Below, piece after piece: positions 16,346 to 24,136 of a DNA stretch of 48,440 nt. Under the pieces are notes generated by a model. The model saw only the letters and a program-made list of their open reading frames with translations, made no database searches and had not been told where the DNA came from. The position numbers and the translations under genes were made by a program. Source of the stretch: a virus; IMG/VR virus record IMGVR_UViG_3300043499_000073. The stretch is one strand, 5' to 3'. The stretch's first letter is position 1; every line of letters begins with the position of its first letter.

Positions 16346-16593
16346 CAGCCCCAACTAACAAAAAATTTGCCACGCAGCATTGCGGCTGCCGGCGCCCGAG
16401 CGACTCGGCCCCGCCGGGGGGCGGTTAGCAGTAGGTCATTGGTATTACTACGCTTTCGCCGCTTGATTGACCGCGGCGCGCGCGGCGCGCGGCCTACCAT
16501 CTATCTGTGTATCAGATGCTATCGGCCAGCTAACGTATTGATTTTATTAGCTTTCGGTTTTTCCGCCAGCACCATTGGGATGCAGTTGGGATG

Positions 16594-16851
16594 CTATTCG
16601 CCCAATTGCGCTAGCGCCGCGTCGAGCTCGGCTGCGGTCATGTCAGCGCCGCGGCGCCGCGATTGGCCGCTGTCATCAGTAAAGAATTGTAGCAACGTGC
16701 GGCCAGCTGATGCTTTCGCGGCCGCGCTAGCTGATTCATCTTTAAGCACGCTTAGCAGAGCTTCGCGGACTATTGTCCTTAGAGTGGCTTGATTGTTTGA
16801 ATCGTCGCTTGGCTTGTTGGCTTGCTCGATTAACCGCGGTTTCATTGGCAT
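16594..16851 (-). CDS. Hypothetical 85-aa protein (overlaps the next ORF by 110 nt in another frame)
   Basis: Track ORF in a lower-GC stretch. The relationship to 16742..17104 is unresolved. Confidence 0.4.
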   Translation of the reverse strand: MPMKPRLIEQANKPSDDSNNQATLRTIVREALLSVLKDESASAAAKASAGRTLLQFFTDDSGQSRRRGADMTAAELDAALAQLGE

Positions 16852-17104
16852 TGCGCTTTGCTTCCCAATTGCGCCTTTGCGCTTGCATCATATTCCCACC
16901 ATGCCAGCGACAACATGGAACGCCACGCATTGCTAGCTGGCCACACGGGCGCCCGCTATGGCGCGCGATCGCCACACACCGCATGCGATTCGCATAATTG
17001 GGCTGTATCGCGTGCTTGCGCATTGCTGCTTTCCAAGCCGCGTTTCCCCATTGCGGCTTGCGCTTTAAATTATTTTTCAAATTATTTGTGTTTTGCTCTT
17101 GCAT
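16742..17104 (-). CDS. Cys/HGG-motif protein, 120 aa
   Basis: RCVAIARHSGRPCGQLAMRGVPCCRWHGG matches the C-x-A...G-x-x-C...G-x-x-C-R-x-HGG motif seen in many proteobacterial phage and plasmid proteins. The true 3' end is uncertain because of the overlap. Confidence 0.5.
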   Translation of the reverse strand: MQEQNTNNLKNNLKRKPQWGNAAWKAAMRKHAIQPNYANRMRCVAIARHSGRPCGQLAMRGVPCCRWHGGNMMQAQRRNWEAKRNANETAVNRASQQAKRRFKQSSHSKDNSPRSSAKRA

Positions 17105-17126
17105 TATGTCCCGATCGGGATATGTT
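17099..17126 (+). promoter_or_regulatory. Candidate sigma70-type promoter (TTGCAT, 16-nt spacer, TATGTT) whose spacer holds the 12-bp palindrome TCCCGATCGGGA (17109-17120)
   Basis: Hexamers and palindrome were read directly. The site lies in the 59-bp divergent gap between 17104(-) and 17164(+). Confidence 0.35.
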
Positions 17127-17163
17127 GCTAATCACTGAAACGAACCTAACAGGAAACGCCAAC

Positions 17164-17814
17164 ATGCTGATTAAAGACGCGATCGCGATCGCCGGACCAT
17201 TAGGCTACCCATCAAAAATGCCCGGCACAAGCTATGGCATCAGCGCCAAAGCTTGCATCACCGGCGCCAAATTGAATCTAGTTGAGGGTTCAACATGCCA
17301 TGGATGCTATGCGCTTAAAGGCAATTACATCTATCCAAGCGTAAAGATGGCGCACGAAAAGCGTATCGCCGGCATTGCTCATGAGCAATGGGTTAACGCA
17401 ATGGTGGTGCTGCTAAAGGCTGCACACAAGCCACGCAAAGTAGGTTTGCCGTTGTCGGCCCATCATCGCTGGCATGATAGTGGCGACTTGCAATCAGAGA
17501 CTCATCTGGCCCGCATTTGTGAAGTAGCAGCACAGACTCCAGAATTGTCACACTGGCTTCCCACGCGCGAAATTGGAATCCTGTCCCGTTTCATCAAAAA
17601 CGGCGGCAAGGTTCCGGCGAATCTGACAATTCGCGTTAGTGCAACAATGGTGGATGGCGCCGCAACAAAGGCGTGGCCGATTACATCCACAGTGCATCAG
17701 CACGAAACCGCGCGCGGTCACGTATGCCCGGCGCCCGAGCAGGATAACAATTGCGGCGCATGCCGTGCATGCTGGTCACAGGATATCCCTAACGTTTCCT
17801 ACCATAAGCATTGA
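17164..17814 (+). CDS. Conserved Cys-rich phage protein, GP88-like, 216 aa
   Basis: The ATG at 17164 follows AGGAAACGCCAAC. GYPSKMPGTSYGISAKACITG...STCHGCYALKGNYIYPSV...HHRWHDSGDL...NCGACRACW resembles the gene-product-88 family pattern (recalled from memory). Confidence 0.55.
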   Translation: MLIKDAIAIAGPLGYPSKMPGTSYGISAKACITGAKLNLVEGSTCHGCYALKGNYIYPSVKMAHEKRIAGIAHEQWVNAMVVLLKAAHKPRKVGLPLSAHHRWHDSGDLQSETHLARICEVAAQTPELSHWLPTREIGILSRFIKNGGKVPANLTIRVSATMVDGAATKAWPITSTVHQHETARGHVCPAPEQDNNCGACRACWSQDIPNVSYHKH

Positions 17815-17822
17815 TTGCAGTG

Positions 17823-17852
17823 CATGCCGCGCGGACTAATCCGCGCGGCATG
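17823..17852 (+). terminator. Perfect 13-bp GC-rich hairpin CATGCCGCGCGGA-CTAA-TCCGCGCGGCATG after the GP88-like gene; no U tract
   Basis: Arms are exact reverse complements with a 4-nt loop. The hairpin starts 9 nt after the stop codon. Confidence 0.35.
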
Positions 17853-17888
17853 AGCGGCCATCATGCCGAAAACAGAAAAGGATCGAAC

Positions 17889-18083
17889 ATGAAAACGCCA
17901 ACACCTATCGACGCGCTAGAAGTGCGCATTGCGGCCAATATTACATCCAGCCGTGAATTAAACCACGGCCGCGTGCAGTGGTTTATTGAGGCAAAGGGCT
18001 TTGCCCATGCCGGACATGGTGCCACCGCGGCCGCGGCCGCGCACGATTTTCTAATCCGTAATCACCTGGAATCGGAGGGTTAA
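17889..18083 (+). CDS. Hypothetical 64-aa protein
   Basis: The ATG at 17889 is preceded by AAAAGGATCGAAC. The longer track form starts inside the hairpin region. Confidence 0.55.
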   Translation: MKTPTPIDALEVRIAANITSSRELNHGRVQWFIEAKGFAHAGHGATAAAAAHDFLIRNHLESEG

Positions 18084-18275
18084 ATGCGCACAATCAAAAT
18101 CGCACAAGCTTTCCCGCATTGGGCAGCATCGTTCGAACCCGGAAACCCATGGACAATGCCGGCGGAAGGCTACCTGCCGTTACCCTATGCGGTGTTCAAA
18201 ACCTCATGGCCACAGCTGCAGAAAAAGCTAGCCAAACAATACCCGGGCTGTGTGCTCGAGCCCATGGCCAAGTAA
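18084..18275 (+). CDS. Hypothetical 63-aa protein
   Basis: Track ORF. Its ATG immediately follows the upstream TAA. Confidence 0.5.
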   Translation: MRTIKIAQAFPHWAASFEPGNPWTMPAEGYLPLPYAVFKTSWPQLQKKLAKQYPGCVLEPMAK

Positions 18276-18311
18276 CTGGCGATTTTTTCCGAAAACATGA
18301 AAGGACAGAAT

Positions 18312-18593
18312 ATGAAACGCACCCCACGGCCAGGCACCAAAGCTTGGAAAGTGTTTATTGCGAACGCCATGGCCAAGGCGCCGGCCAATCGCACGCCGCA
18401 GGAAGTGGTAGCGATACGTAAGGAAACCACAGGCAGCGTAATGCTAACTGAGGTCGACCGCTTTGCCGCGGCACGCGAACTAGGTAAACGCGCGGCCGCA
18501 GTAGGCTACCCCGCAACCGATAATCCATTCGCCACGCCGGCCATGCAAGCCGCATGGGAAACCGCACGTCTTGAAGCCCTGAAAGGCAACTAA
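18312..18593 (+). CDS. Hypothetical 93-aa protein, possibly Rmf/CrpP-like
   Basis: AAAGGACAGAAT precedes the ATG at 18312. The segment [24 protein letters not shown] loosely resembles the GY...NP[FY]...W..G core of Rmf/CrpP-type small proteins. Confidence 0.45.
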   Translation: MKRTPRPGTKAWKVFIANAMAKAPANRTPQEVVAIRKETTGSVMLTEVDRFAAARELGKRAAAVGYPATDNPFATPAMQAAWETARLEALKGN

Positions 18594-18594
18594 C

Positions 18595-18954
18595 ATGAAA
18601 CTAAAACAACCGCCGGCCATTCGCTACATAGTCCGCGACAAGGCCACCCAAGGCTGCGACTTCCTGATGTGGGGCGACAATGACCCCGCCGCGGCAAAAT
18701 ACACCCTGGACCAGGCCCTGGCCGATAGCCTCGACGTCGAGCTGGTCACCATGCCAGCCGACGATATGGACGAGCACACGCGGCGCCTAATCGAAGGCGA
18801 GCAACCCTGGATGATTCGCTACTTCAACGCCGATGATGTGCCGGCGGACTGTCACCCTGATTTTTTCGCAACGCAATCCGCAGCATTAGCTGAAGCACCG
18901 CGGTTCATGGCCACCCTCAATTGGGCCACCCGGTTCGAGGTATACCGATCATGA
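18595..18954 (+). CDS. Hypothetical 119-aa protein
   Basis: Track ORF, starting 2 nt after the upstream stop. Confidence 0.6.
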   Translation: MKLKQPPAIRYIVRDKATQGCDFLMWGDNDPAAAKYTLDQALADSLDVELVTMPADDMDEHTRRLIEGEQPWMIRYFNADDVPADCHPDFFATQSAALAEAPRFMATLNWATRFEVYRS

Positions 18955-19250
18955 GCCTGTCAGACACAGCCAAGGGCGCCCTCGCGGGCGCCTACGCTTC
19001 CCGCGGGCGTCACCGCGGCCAGCTGCTAGCCCGTTGCCCCAAATCGCACACGCTCGCAGCCGCGGCCTGGCAGGGTGCCATGCTGGTATGCAACCCGTAT
19101 CAAGTATCGATCGGCGCCGTGTTGTTCATGACCGCAGAGCAGCGCGCCATACTCGAGGAGGTGCGCGCCCACTTCGAAACCCTGCCGCGCGAGTACCAGG
19201 TGCTCGCCCAGCGCGATCGCGAAGCCCTCGAACGGCTCGGAGTATGGTGA
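18951..19250 (+). CDS. Hypothetical 99-aa protein
   Basis: ATGA overlap with the upstream stop at 18951-18954. Translation starts [13 protein letters not shown]. Confidence 0.55.
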   Translation: MSLSDTAKGALAGAYASRGRHRGQLLARCPKSHTLAAAAWQGAMLVCNPYQVSIGAVLFMTAEQRAILEEVRAHFETLPREYQVLAQRDREALERLGVW

Positions 19251-19627
19251 TGGCTAAATATTGTAAATTGGCAGTGGACCGTGAAATTAGAAAAACCGAC
19301 GCCACTGCGGACGAGGCCAGCAAAATCCACCGCCTATTATCCGGCCGGCATGAGCAAAGGCCGCAGCCGAAACCGCTGGCGGAAAAATCCGCCAGCAGGC
19401 CAGGGGGTAAAATCGGCCGGCGGGCTAAGCCCGCCATGTCCAAGGATAGGTTCCTGGCTGGGATTGCCGCGCTCGGCCACAACGTCAACACCGCCAACCA
19501 ACTATTGGGCATTGGCCGGTCGACCATCTATCGGATGGCCAGCGGCCAGGCTGCAGTGCCACCCGTGATCGCCCGCCTGATGGACATGTACGAGCGGCAC
19601 GGGATCCCGCCGGAGCACCAGCCATGA
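19250..19627 (+). CDS. Helix-turn-helix DNA-binding protein, 125 aa
   Basis: TGATG overlap start, with GGAG 8 nt upstream. The C-terminal NTANQLLGIGRSTIYRMASGQ is a classic HTH. The gene lies directly upstream of the iteron array. Confidence 0.6.
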   Translation: MAKYCKLAVDREIRKTDATADEASKIHRLLSGRHEQRPQPKPLAEKSASRPGGKIGRRAKPAMSKDRFLAGIAALGHNVNTANQLLGIGRSTIYRMASGQAAVPPVIARLMDMYERHGIPPEHQP

Positions 19628-19746
19628 GCCTGCTCGGTATCATCCTCGGCGTAGTCAATTATGAGAACGCCGGCGGCATCGAGGCTGCCCTGTCTGCGGT
19701 CGCGGTCATAGTCTTGATTGCACTCTGCCGCACGGAAGGGGGTTAG
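19624..19746 (+). CDS. Possible 40-aa hydrophobic peptide (below track cut-off)
   Basis: ATGA overlap with the HTH gene stop. Hand translation: MSLLGIILGVVNYENAGGIEAALSAVAVIVLIALCRTEGG. Confidence 0.3.
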   Translation: MSLLGIILGVVNYENAGGIEAALSAVAVIVLIALCRTEGG

Positions 19747-19758
19747 CCGGCCGGAGGC

Positions 19759-20027
19759 TATGGACCCTATGGACCCTAGTTGGGGGGGTAACAACAGATA
19801 TATAAAAAGATGTTTTATATGAATCCTTTTAAATATAGGGTCCATAAGGTCCACACTTGGGCGTTATGCGTATGAAATCAATCGTTTACTTATGGCCCGG
19901 ACTATGGCCCGGAAGGCTACTATGGACCCCCACTTTAGGGTCCATAGGATCATTTTCATAGTGTTTTGCCACATTTCACCCGTTGTGCCACCCCTATGGA
20001 CCCTGAAATTCATTTTAGGGGTCCACA
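19759..20027. repeat. Iteron array: 11 copies (both orientations) of TATGGACCC and variants around an AT-rich core; candidate origin of replication or packaging/regulatory site
   Basis: Forward copies at 19759, 19768, 19891 (TATGGCCCG), 19903 (TATGGCCCG), 19921 and 19995. Reverse copies at 19838, 19847 (AGGTCCACA), 19938 and 20019 (GGGTCCACA). The AT-rich stretch is 19791-19837. This is the largest non-coding gap in the genome. Confidence 0.7.
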
Positions 20028-21473
20028 CTATTCGGTATCGTTTTTGACTGCCCGCAGCACCGTCTGGATGTCGTCGATTGGACCCCATTTGGCTGCATGC
20101 TCACGCCGCCCGGTCTCGTTCAACGCATCGGCCGCGGCCGCCCGGCTGCGGAAGCAGTACAGGGTGTAGCGCCGCTTGCTGATCAGGATCTTCGCTTTAC
20201 CCCTGCCGCTCGATAGTTTCACTGGCGTACAAAACGTGGCGAAGGCGCCGGCCAGCTGCCCCTGCCAGGTTGTGTCGCGCCGGCCGATCCGCTCGCCGTC
20301 GCCATTGACGTGCGTGTCGATCTCCCGCTCGAGCGCCGGCTTGGTGAACACCAACCCTCGCTCGTCATCCTCGGCGTAGTCGGTCAGCAGGTGCTCGACA
20401 TCGTTGAGGGCGAGGTCGGCCATCTCGTCCTTTTCCTCGGTATGTAGTGGCCGGAACATATCGAACTGGGAGAGGTCGCTAGTCTGCTCCAGGTAGGTAG
20501 CCAGCGCAGCGATGTTGGCCGGCTTGTTCATCCACGCATCAAGCTTGTCGGCTTCCTCCTTGGTCATCGGCCGGCCGTTGCGCAGCACCGAGATCCGCCG
20601 ATCGTTAGCGGGAATGGCCGCGGCATTGATGTGGTTGGTGAATACCATCAGCGAGTTGAACGACATCGCGTCGAACGCTTGCAGGCGTTTGACTTTGAAC
20701 GTGCGCCGCCGCGGCGCCGGGTCGATACAGTTCTTCAGCGCCGTGTACACACTGCGCTTTTCGCCGGATCGATAGGCGGTCGGCGAGGTGTGCGCCTCGT
20801 CGACAATGGTCAGCACGCTGTATGCCTGCCAGTCCGTATACACCGCCTGCGACGAGGTGCCGGTGATGATGCTGAAGTCCTCGAACTTGCAGTAGGTCTC
20901 GCCCAGTAGCTTGGCGCATATCTTGCCAAACATGCCGCGGCCGACGCCGAAGGTGTCATTGGCCACATGCCACGGCGAGGTGCCGGGGATCTCCGGGTGC
21001 AGCCACTTATGTGCCAGCCAGTCCAGCTGCCAGTCGCGCTGTACAGCATCAGGCAGGAACCGATGCATGAAGTCCTCGAACGGCGCGATATCGCCAGTGC
21101 CGTCGTCGACATGGACCGGCCTGCGGTAGATATTCTTGAACACTTCGCCATCTTCTATGTAGGTCGGGAAGTTCTTGTCCGGCCGCATCCGCACGCCGGC
21201 GATGCTCTCGCGCCGCGGATGCATCTGCCAGGCCGTAGTCGCCGAGATCTTCTTCGGCTTGCCACTCTGCTGCGGCTGCAGCTCAAACCAGGAGGCGTAC
21301 TCGGTCTCGAACGCTTTGAGGCCCATGCTGCAGTAGGCGCTCGGCTCGTACAGCATGATCACCCGATCGGCCCGGGAATCAAAGCCGTGCGTCCGCACCA
21401 GCCACTCGATCTTGTCCTTGATCGGGTCGGTCTCTTTCGGCTTGGCCGGCATCGGCTTGGCAAACGTCACCAT
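20028..21473 (-). CDS. SF3-type (D5/P4-like) replicative helicase/NTPase, 481 aa
   Basis: The ATG at 21473 (MVTFAKPMPAK) lies 2 nt after the upstream stop. Walker A-like GVGRGMFGK and Walker B LTIVDEA are present. It follows the Prim-Pol gene. Confidence 0.65.
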   Translation of the reverse strand: MVTFAKPMPAKPKETDPIKDKIEWLVRTHGFDSRADRVIMLYEPSAYCSMGLKAFETEYASWFELQPQQSGKPKKISATTAWQMHPRRESIAGVRMRPDKNFPTYIEDGEVFKNIYRRPVHVDDGTGDIAPFEDFMHRFLPDAVQRDWQLDWLAHKWLHPEIPGTSPWHVANDTFGVGRGMFGKICAKLLGETYCKFEDFSIITGTSSQAVYTDWQAYSVLTIVDEAHTSPTAYRSGEKRSVYTALKNCIDPAPRRRTFKVKRLQAFDAMSFNSLMVFTNHINAAAIPANDRRISVLRNGRPMTKEEADKLDAWMNKPANIAALATYLEQTSDLSQFDMFRPLHTEEKDEMADLALNDVEHLLTDYAEDDERGLVFTKPALEREIDTHVNGDGERIGRRDTTWQGQLAGAFATFCTPVKLSSGRGKAKILISKRRYTLYCFRSRAAAADALNETGRREHAAKWGPIDDIQTVLRAVKNDTE

Positions 21474-21475
21474 GA

Positions 21476-22447
21476 TCACCCCTCCCAGGATTGCTTGAAG
21501 TCCTGCGCCACCTCGAACAGTTGCTGCTGCAGTTCGCGATCCTCTGCCGGCGACAGCGATTCCCAACGATGTGACACGCCGGTCTTGGTATCCCACAGTG
21601 TGAGCCCGGCGCCGCCGGAGTGATTGACCAGCACCCGATCGCGGGTCTTGGATGCCTTATCCCAGATGTTGGCGTAGCCTTTGATCCGCGTCACACCGGC
21701 GCGCTTCTCCAGCTCGGACAATTTGATATGTTCGCCATCTGACAGCACCATCACGTCATCTGGTTTGAGATCATACACCCGATCGCCGGGCAGATGCGCG
21801 TGCTCGGTTTTAATCTGCTCGAGCCCGAGGTCGACCATCACCTGCTCGCACTCGCCAATCATCGAAGGGATGTCGATCTCGGGAAACCATGGCAATGATT
21901 CCAGCGGCGCTTCGAGGATTGAGCGTCCCTGGTAGCCGTAGATACGACCTGGTGAGTGATAGCCATGTACCGCGACATACCGTTTGTCGTTGCCGGTGAA
22001 GTACTCGACCAGGTGCGGTTTCTCTTCCTTGGATTTAAACCGTGCTGTCCAGCGCCGCTTGCGGGCGGTAGCGCACTGGCCGATCAGCGCCAGTGTTGTG
22101 CTGCCGGAGGTCCGCCGCAGGCACTGCGCCATGAAGTCCGGCCAGCGTTGTGCCAGACAGCGCATCAGCGCCTGCCGCACATCCAAATCACGCACGTCGA
22201 GGTCGATGATGAAACAACTCGACCCAAACATGCGTATGCCGGCGGTTTTGCCGCTCCACCGCTCGATCGCGGCGTCGTCATTGGGTTGGCTAGGCCAGCC
22301 GCGGAATGGCCCGTCGCGGCCGCGCAGTGGGATCACATCATAGCCGTTGTCGCGGATTTTGCGCCATATCTTGCGGTATTCATGCGCTGGCTTCGGCTGC
22401 AGCGGTATCGCTTGCGCCGTCTGGCCGGGATGGTATTGATTGCTCAC
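21476..22447 (-). CDS. Archaeo-eukaryotic-type primase (bifunctional Prim-Pol N-terminal domain), ~323 aa
   Basis: NGYDVIPLRGRDGPFRGWP...IERWSGKTAGIRMF...CFIIDLDVRD matches the Prim-Pol N-terminal pattern. I prefer the GTG at 22447, preceded by AGAGGAGCTAAACC, over the track start at 22501. Confidence 0.65.
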   Translation of the reverse strand: MSNQYHPGQTAQAIPLQPKPAHEYRKIWRKIRDNGYDVIPLRGRDGPFRGWPSQPNDDAAIERWSGKTAGIRMFGSSCFIIDLDVRDLDVRQALMRCLAQRWPDFMAQCLRRTSGSTTLALIGQCATARKRRWTARFKSKEEKPHLVEYFTGNDKRYVAVHGYHSPGRIYGYQGRSILEAPLESLPWFPEIDIPSMIGECEQVMVDLGLEQIKTEHAHLPGDRVYDLKPDDVMVLSDGEHIKLSELEKRAGVTRIKGYANIWDKASKTRDRVLVNHSGGAGLTLWDTKTGVSHRWESLSPAEDRELQQQLFEVAQDFKQSWEG

Positions 22448-22504
22448 TGGTTTAGCTCCTCTGGGGTTGCACTGGTCACCTAGGGATGGGTGGGACTGCA
22501 CTTA

Positions 22505-22533
22505 AGCCGGCAGGGTTTCGCCCCCTGCCGGCT
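22505..22533 (-). terminator. Perfect 11-bp stem hairpin AGCCGGCAGGG-(7 nt)-CCCTGCCGGCT between VRR-NUC and Prim-Pol genes
   Basis: Exact inverted repeat. A T-rich run (TATTTCATTTC) follows only on the plus strand, so it may act as an attenuator or RNA-processing site. Confidence 0.35.
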
Positions 22534-22536
22534 ATT

Positions 22537-22824
22537 TCATTTCAGCAACACGTCAATATCCGCTGAGTTCTTCACGATCGCAATCGCTACCCCTAGCTCG
22601 TTAAATCGCTCATGCCACAACATCTGGTGTGCCGCCGTGCGGCCGCCCCTAGGCCGCTTCACTTCGACGAATACCACGCGGCCGCCGGGCAGGGTCACCA
22701 GCCGATCGAAGAACCCGCGCCGCCCCAGCACAGTAACTTTAACGCATTCGCCACCAGCGGCCTCGACCCGCTCGCGCAGTTCGCGTTCGATTTTATTCTC
22801 TCTCACAGATAATTTGACAGCCAT
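22537..22824 (-). CDS. VRR-NUC domain nuclease, 95 aa
   Basis: GRRGFFDRLVTLPGGRVVFVEVKRPRGGRTAAHQMLWHERFNELG carries the PD-(D/E)xK D...E-V-K core and the Q-x-x-W motif of VRR-NUC. Confidence 0.75.
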   Translation of the reverse strand: MAVKLSVRENKIERELRERVEAAGGECVKVTVLGRRGFFDRLVTLPGGRVVFVEVKRPRGGRTAAHQMLWHERFNELGVAIAIVKNSADIDVLLK

Positions 22825-22870
22825 CGCGATCTATGCCCTGTTGTCTGCAGCAAACAGAACAGAGGATAAC

Positions 22871-24136
22871 ATGTCTCTTCACTCCAATATTGTCGGCGGC
22901 TCGACCGCTGACCGTTTATTGAATTGCCCCGGCAGCTTTCAGCTGCTGCAGCGGATCCCCGACCAGGCCGAGATGCCGAGCGAATATGCCGACTACGGCA
23001 GCGCCATGCATGCGGTCATGGATGGTTTGATGACGCTATATGCCGACGGCTTTCCGAGCATTGAGCATATGTTCGAAGATGCCGAGCACATGCTCGATAG
23101 TACCTTCTACGATCGTGTGCTCGAGCAGCACCACCTCGATGATTCGATCTTTCCGGCGATCGAGTCCTTGTATGAATTGATGAACGAATACGGTGGCGGA
23201 TTCCATGTTGCCGCCAATGAGTTGCGGGTGAAATTCCCGGGCGTGCCGGGCGCTTTCGGCACCGCCGACCTGTTACTGGCGAGCAAGAAATTCGTGCTGA
23301 TGGTCGACTGGAAATTCGGCGCCGGCGTGCCGGTCAAGGCGGTTTACAAGGACGAGCACGGCGAGCGGGTGAATCCGCAATTGTTGTTCTATTTCGCTGG
23401 CGCCATGGAGGAGCTGCCCTCCATGTTCAATAAGAAGCGGTACGCCGTGGCAGTGATCCAGCCGCGCACCACCGAGCGCCTGACGCATACCGTCATCACC
23501 CGTACCGAGATCGATATGTTCATTGAAGATATGGACTTAGCGATCATCGCCGCGCTCGGTAAAAACCCCAAGCTGCACGCCGGCGAGCACTGCCGTTGGT
23601 GTCCGGCCCGGCCGTGTTGCCCCGAGCACACCAAGCCGCTGTTTGATCTGGTCAACATGGAAATCATGCCGGCGCAGTTGACTGCTTCCGTAGTCGACGA
23701 CGGTAACGCGGCCGCTTACGGTGAGTTTCTGGCTAAGGCCAAGTACCTGGCCGATCTGGCCGCCGAATATAAAAAGCAGGTGGATGAAGCAATCCACAGC
23801 TATTTGTCGAACGGCGGCACTGTGCCGGGTTGGAAGCTGAAGCAGAAGACCAAATTACGCCAGTGGATCGATAGCGACACCGTCGCCTTCAACTTGAAAC
23901 GATTAGGTTTTGAGGAAGAAGATATCTGGCAGGACAAGCTGCAAACCTTCGGCCACGTCGACCGGGTTGCCAAGCGGCTCGGCGTCAAGATTCCCGACAC
24001 ATTGCGCGCCGCACCCGAGACCGACGAGACCGTGATCGCACCGGAGAGCGATCCGGCGCCGGCGATCGATCGCGCCAAGGCGACCCTCGAGTTCGCCGCG
24101 GCGCTCAAGCAATTGCGTCACGAACAAAATCCGTGA
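22871..24136 (+). CDS. PD-(D/E)XK exonuclease, DUF2800/Cas4-like, with a four-Cys cluster, 421 aa
   Basis: The ATG at 22871 follows AGAGGATAAC. The N-terminus GGSTADRLLNCPGSFQ, together with the C-terminal HCRWCPARPCCPEH, gives the C...C-x2-C-x4-CC arrangement of Cas4/AddB-type Fe-S nucleases. Confidence 0.65.
   Translation: MSLHSNIVGGSTADRLLNCPGSFQLLQRIPDQAEMPSEYADYGSAMHAVMDGLMTLYADGFPSIEHMFEDAEHMLDSTFYDRVLEQHHLDDSIFPAIESLYELMNEYGGGFHVAANELRVKFPGVPGAFGTADLLLASKKFVLMVDWKFGAGVPVKAVYKDEHGERVNPQLLFYFAGAMEELPSMFNKKRYAVAVIQPRTTERLTHTVITRTEIDMFIEDMDLAIIAALGKNPKLHAGEHCRWCPARPCCPEHTKPLFDLVNMEIMPAQLTASVVDDGNAAAYGEFLAKAKYLADLAAEYKKQVDEAIHSYLSNGGTVPGWKLKQKTKLRQWIDSDTVAFNLKRLGFEEEDIWQDKLQTFGHVDRVAKRLGVKIPDTLRAAPETDETVIAPESDPAPAIDRAKATLEFAAALKQLRHEQNP

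Noticed and set aside
18925-18950. tRNA-like GGTTCGAGG T-loop motif
   Set aside because: No complementary T-stem, acceptor or anticodon arms surround it, and it lies inside a coding region. I recognised no tRNA anywhere in the window, though a dedicated scan was not possible.
19759-20027. Possible CRISPR-like array
   Set aside because: The repeats are only 9 bp, occur in both orientations, and have irregular spacing from 0 to ~48 bp. There are no spacer-like unique units of constant length and no cas genes.
19864-20088. 74-aa minus-strand ORF inside the iteron region
   Set aside because: It is composed largely of translated iteron copies and overlaps the helicase 3' end. It has no RBS, and the region is better explained as non-coding repeats.
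22814-22819. Perfect TTGACA hexamer as the -35 of the rightward replication promoter
   Set aside because: No acceptable -10 lies 16-18 nt downstream (CCTGTT and similar), and the hexamer lies inside the VRR-NUC coding sequence. I could not define the promoters in the 46-bp divergent gap.
22490-22870. N-terminal extensions of track ORFs (22490..24136; also 20028..21596, 16858..17814, 25022..27226, 27154..27651, 31568..32089, 41669..42091, 43334..44053, 42877..43473)
   Set aside because: The extensions run through neighbouring genes or intergenic hairpins and lack ribosome-binding sites. Internal starts with Shine-Dalgarno motifs or stop/start coupling fit better.
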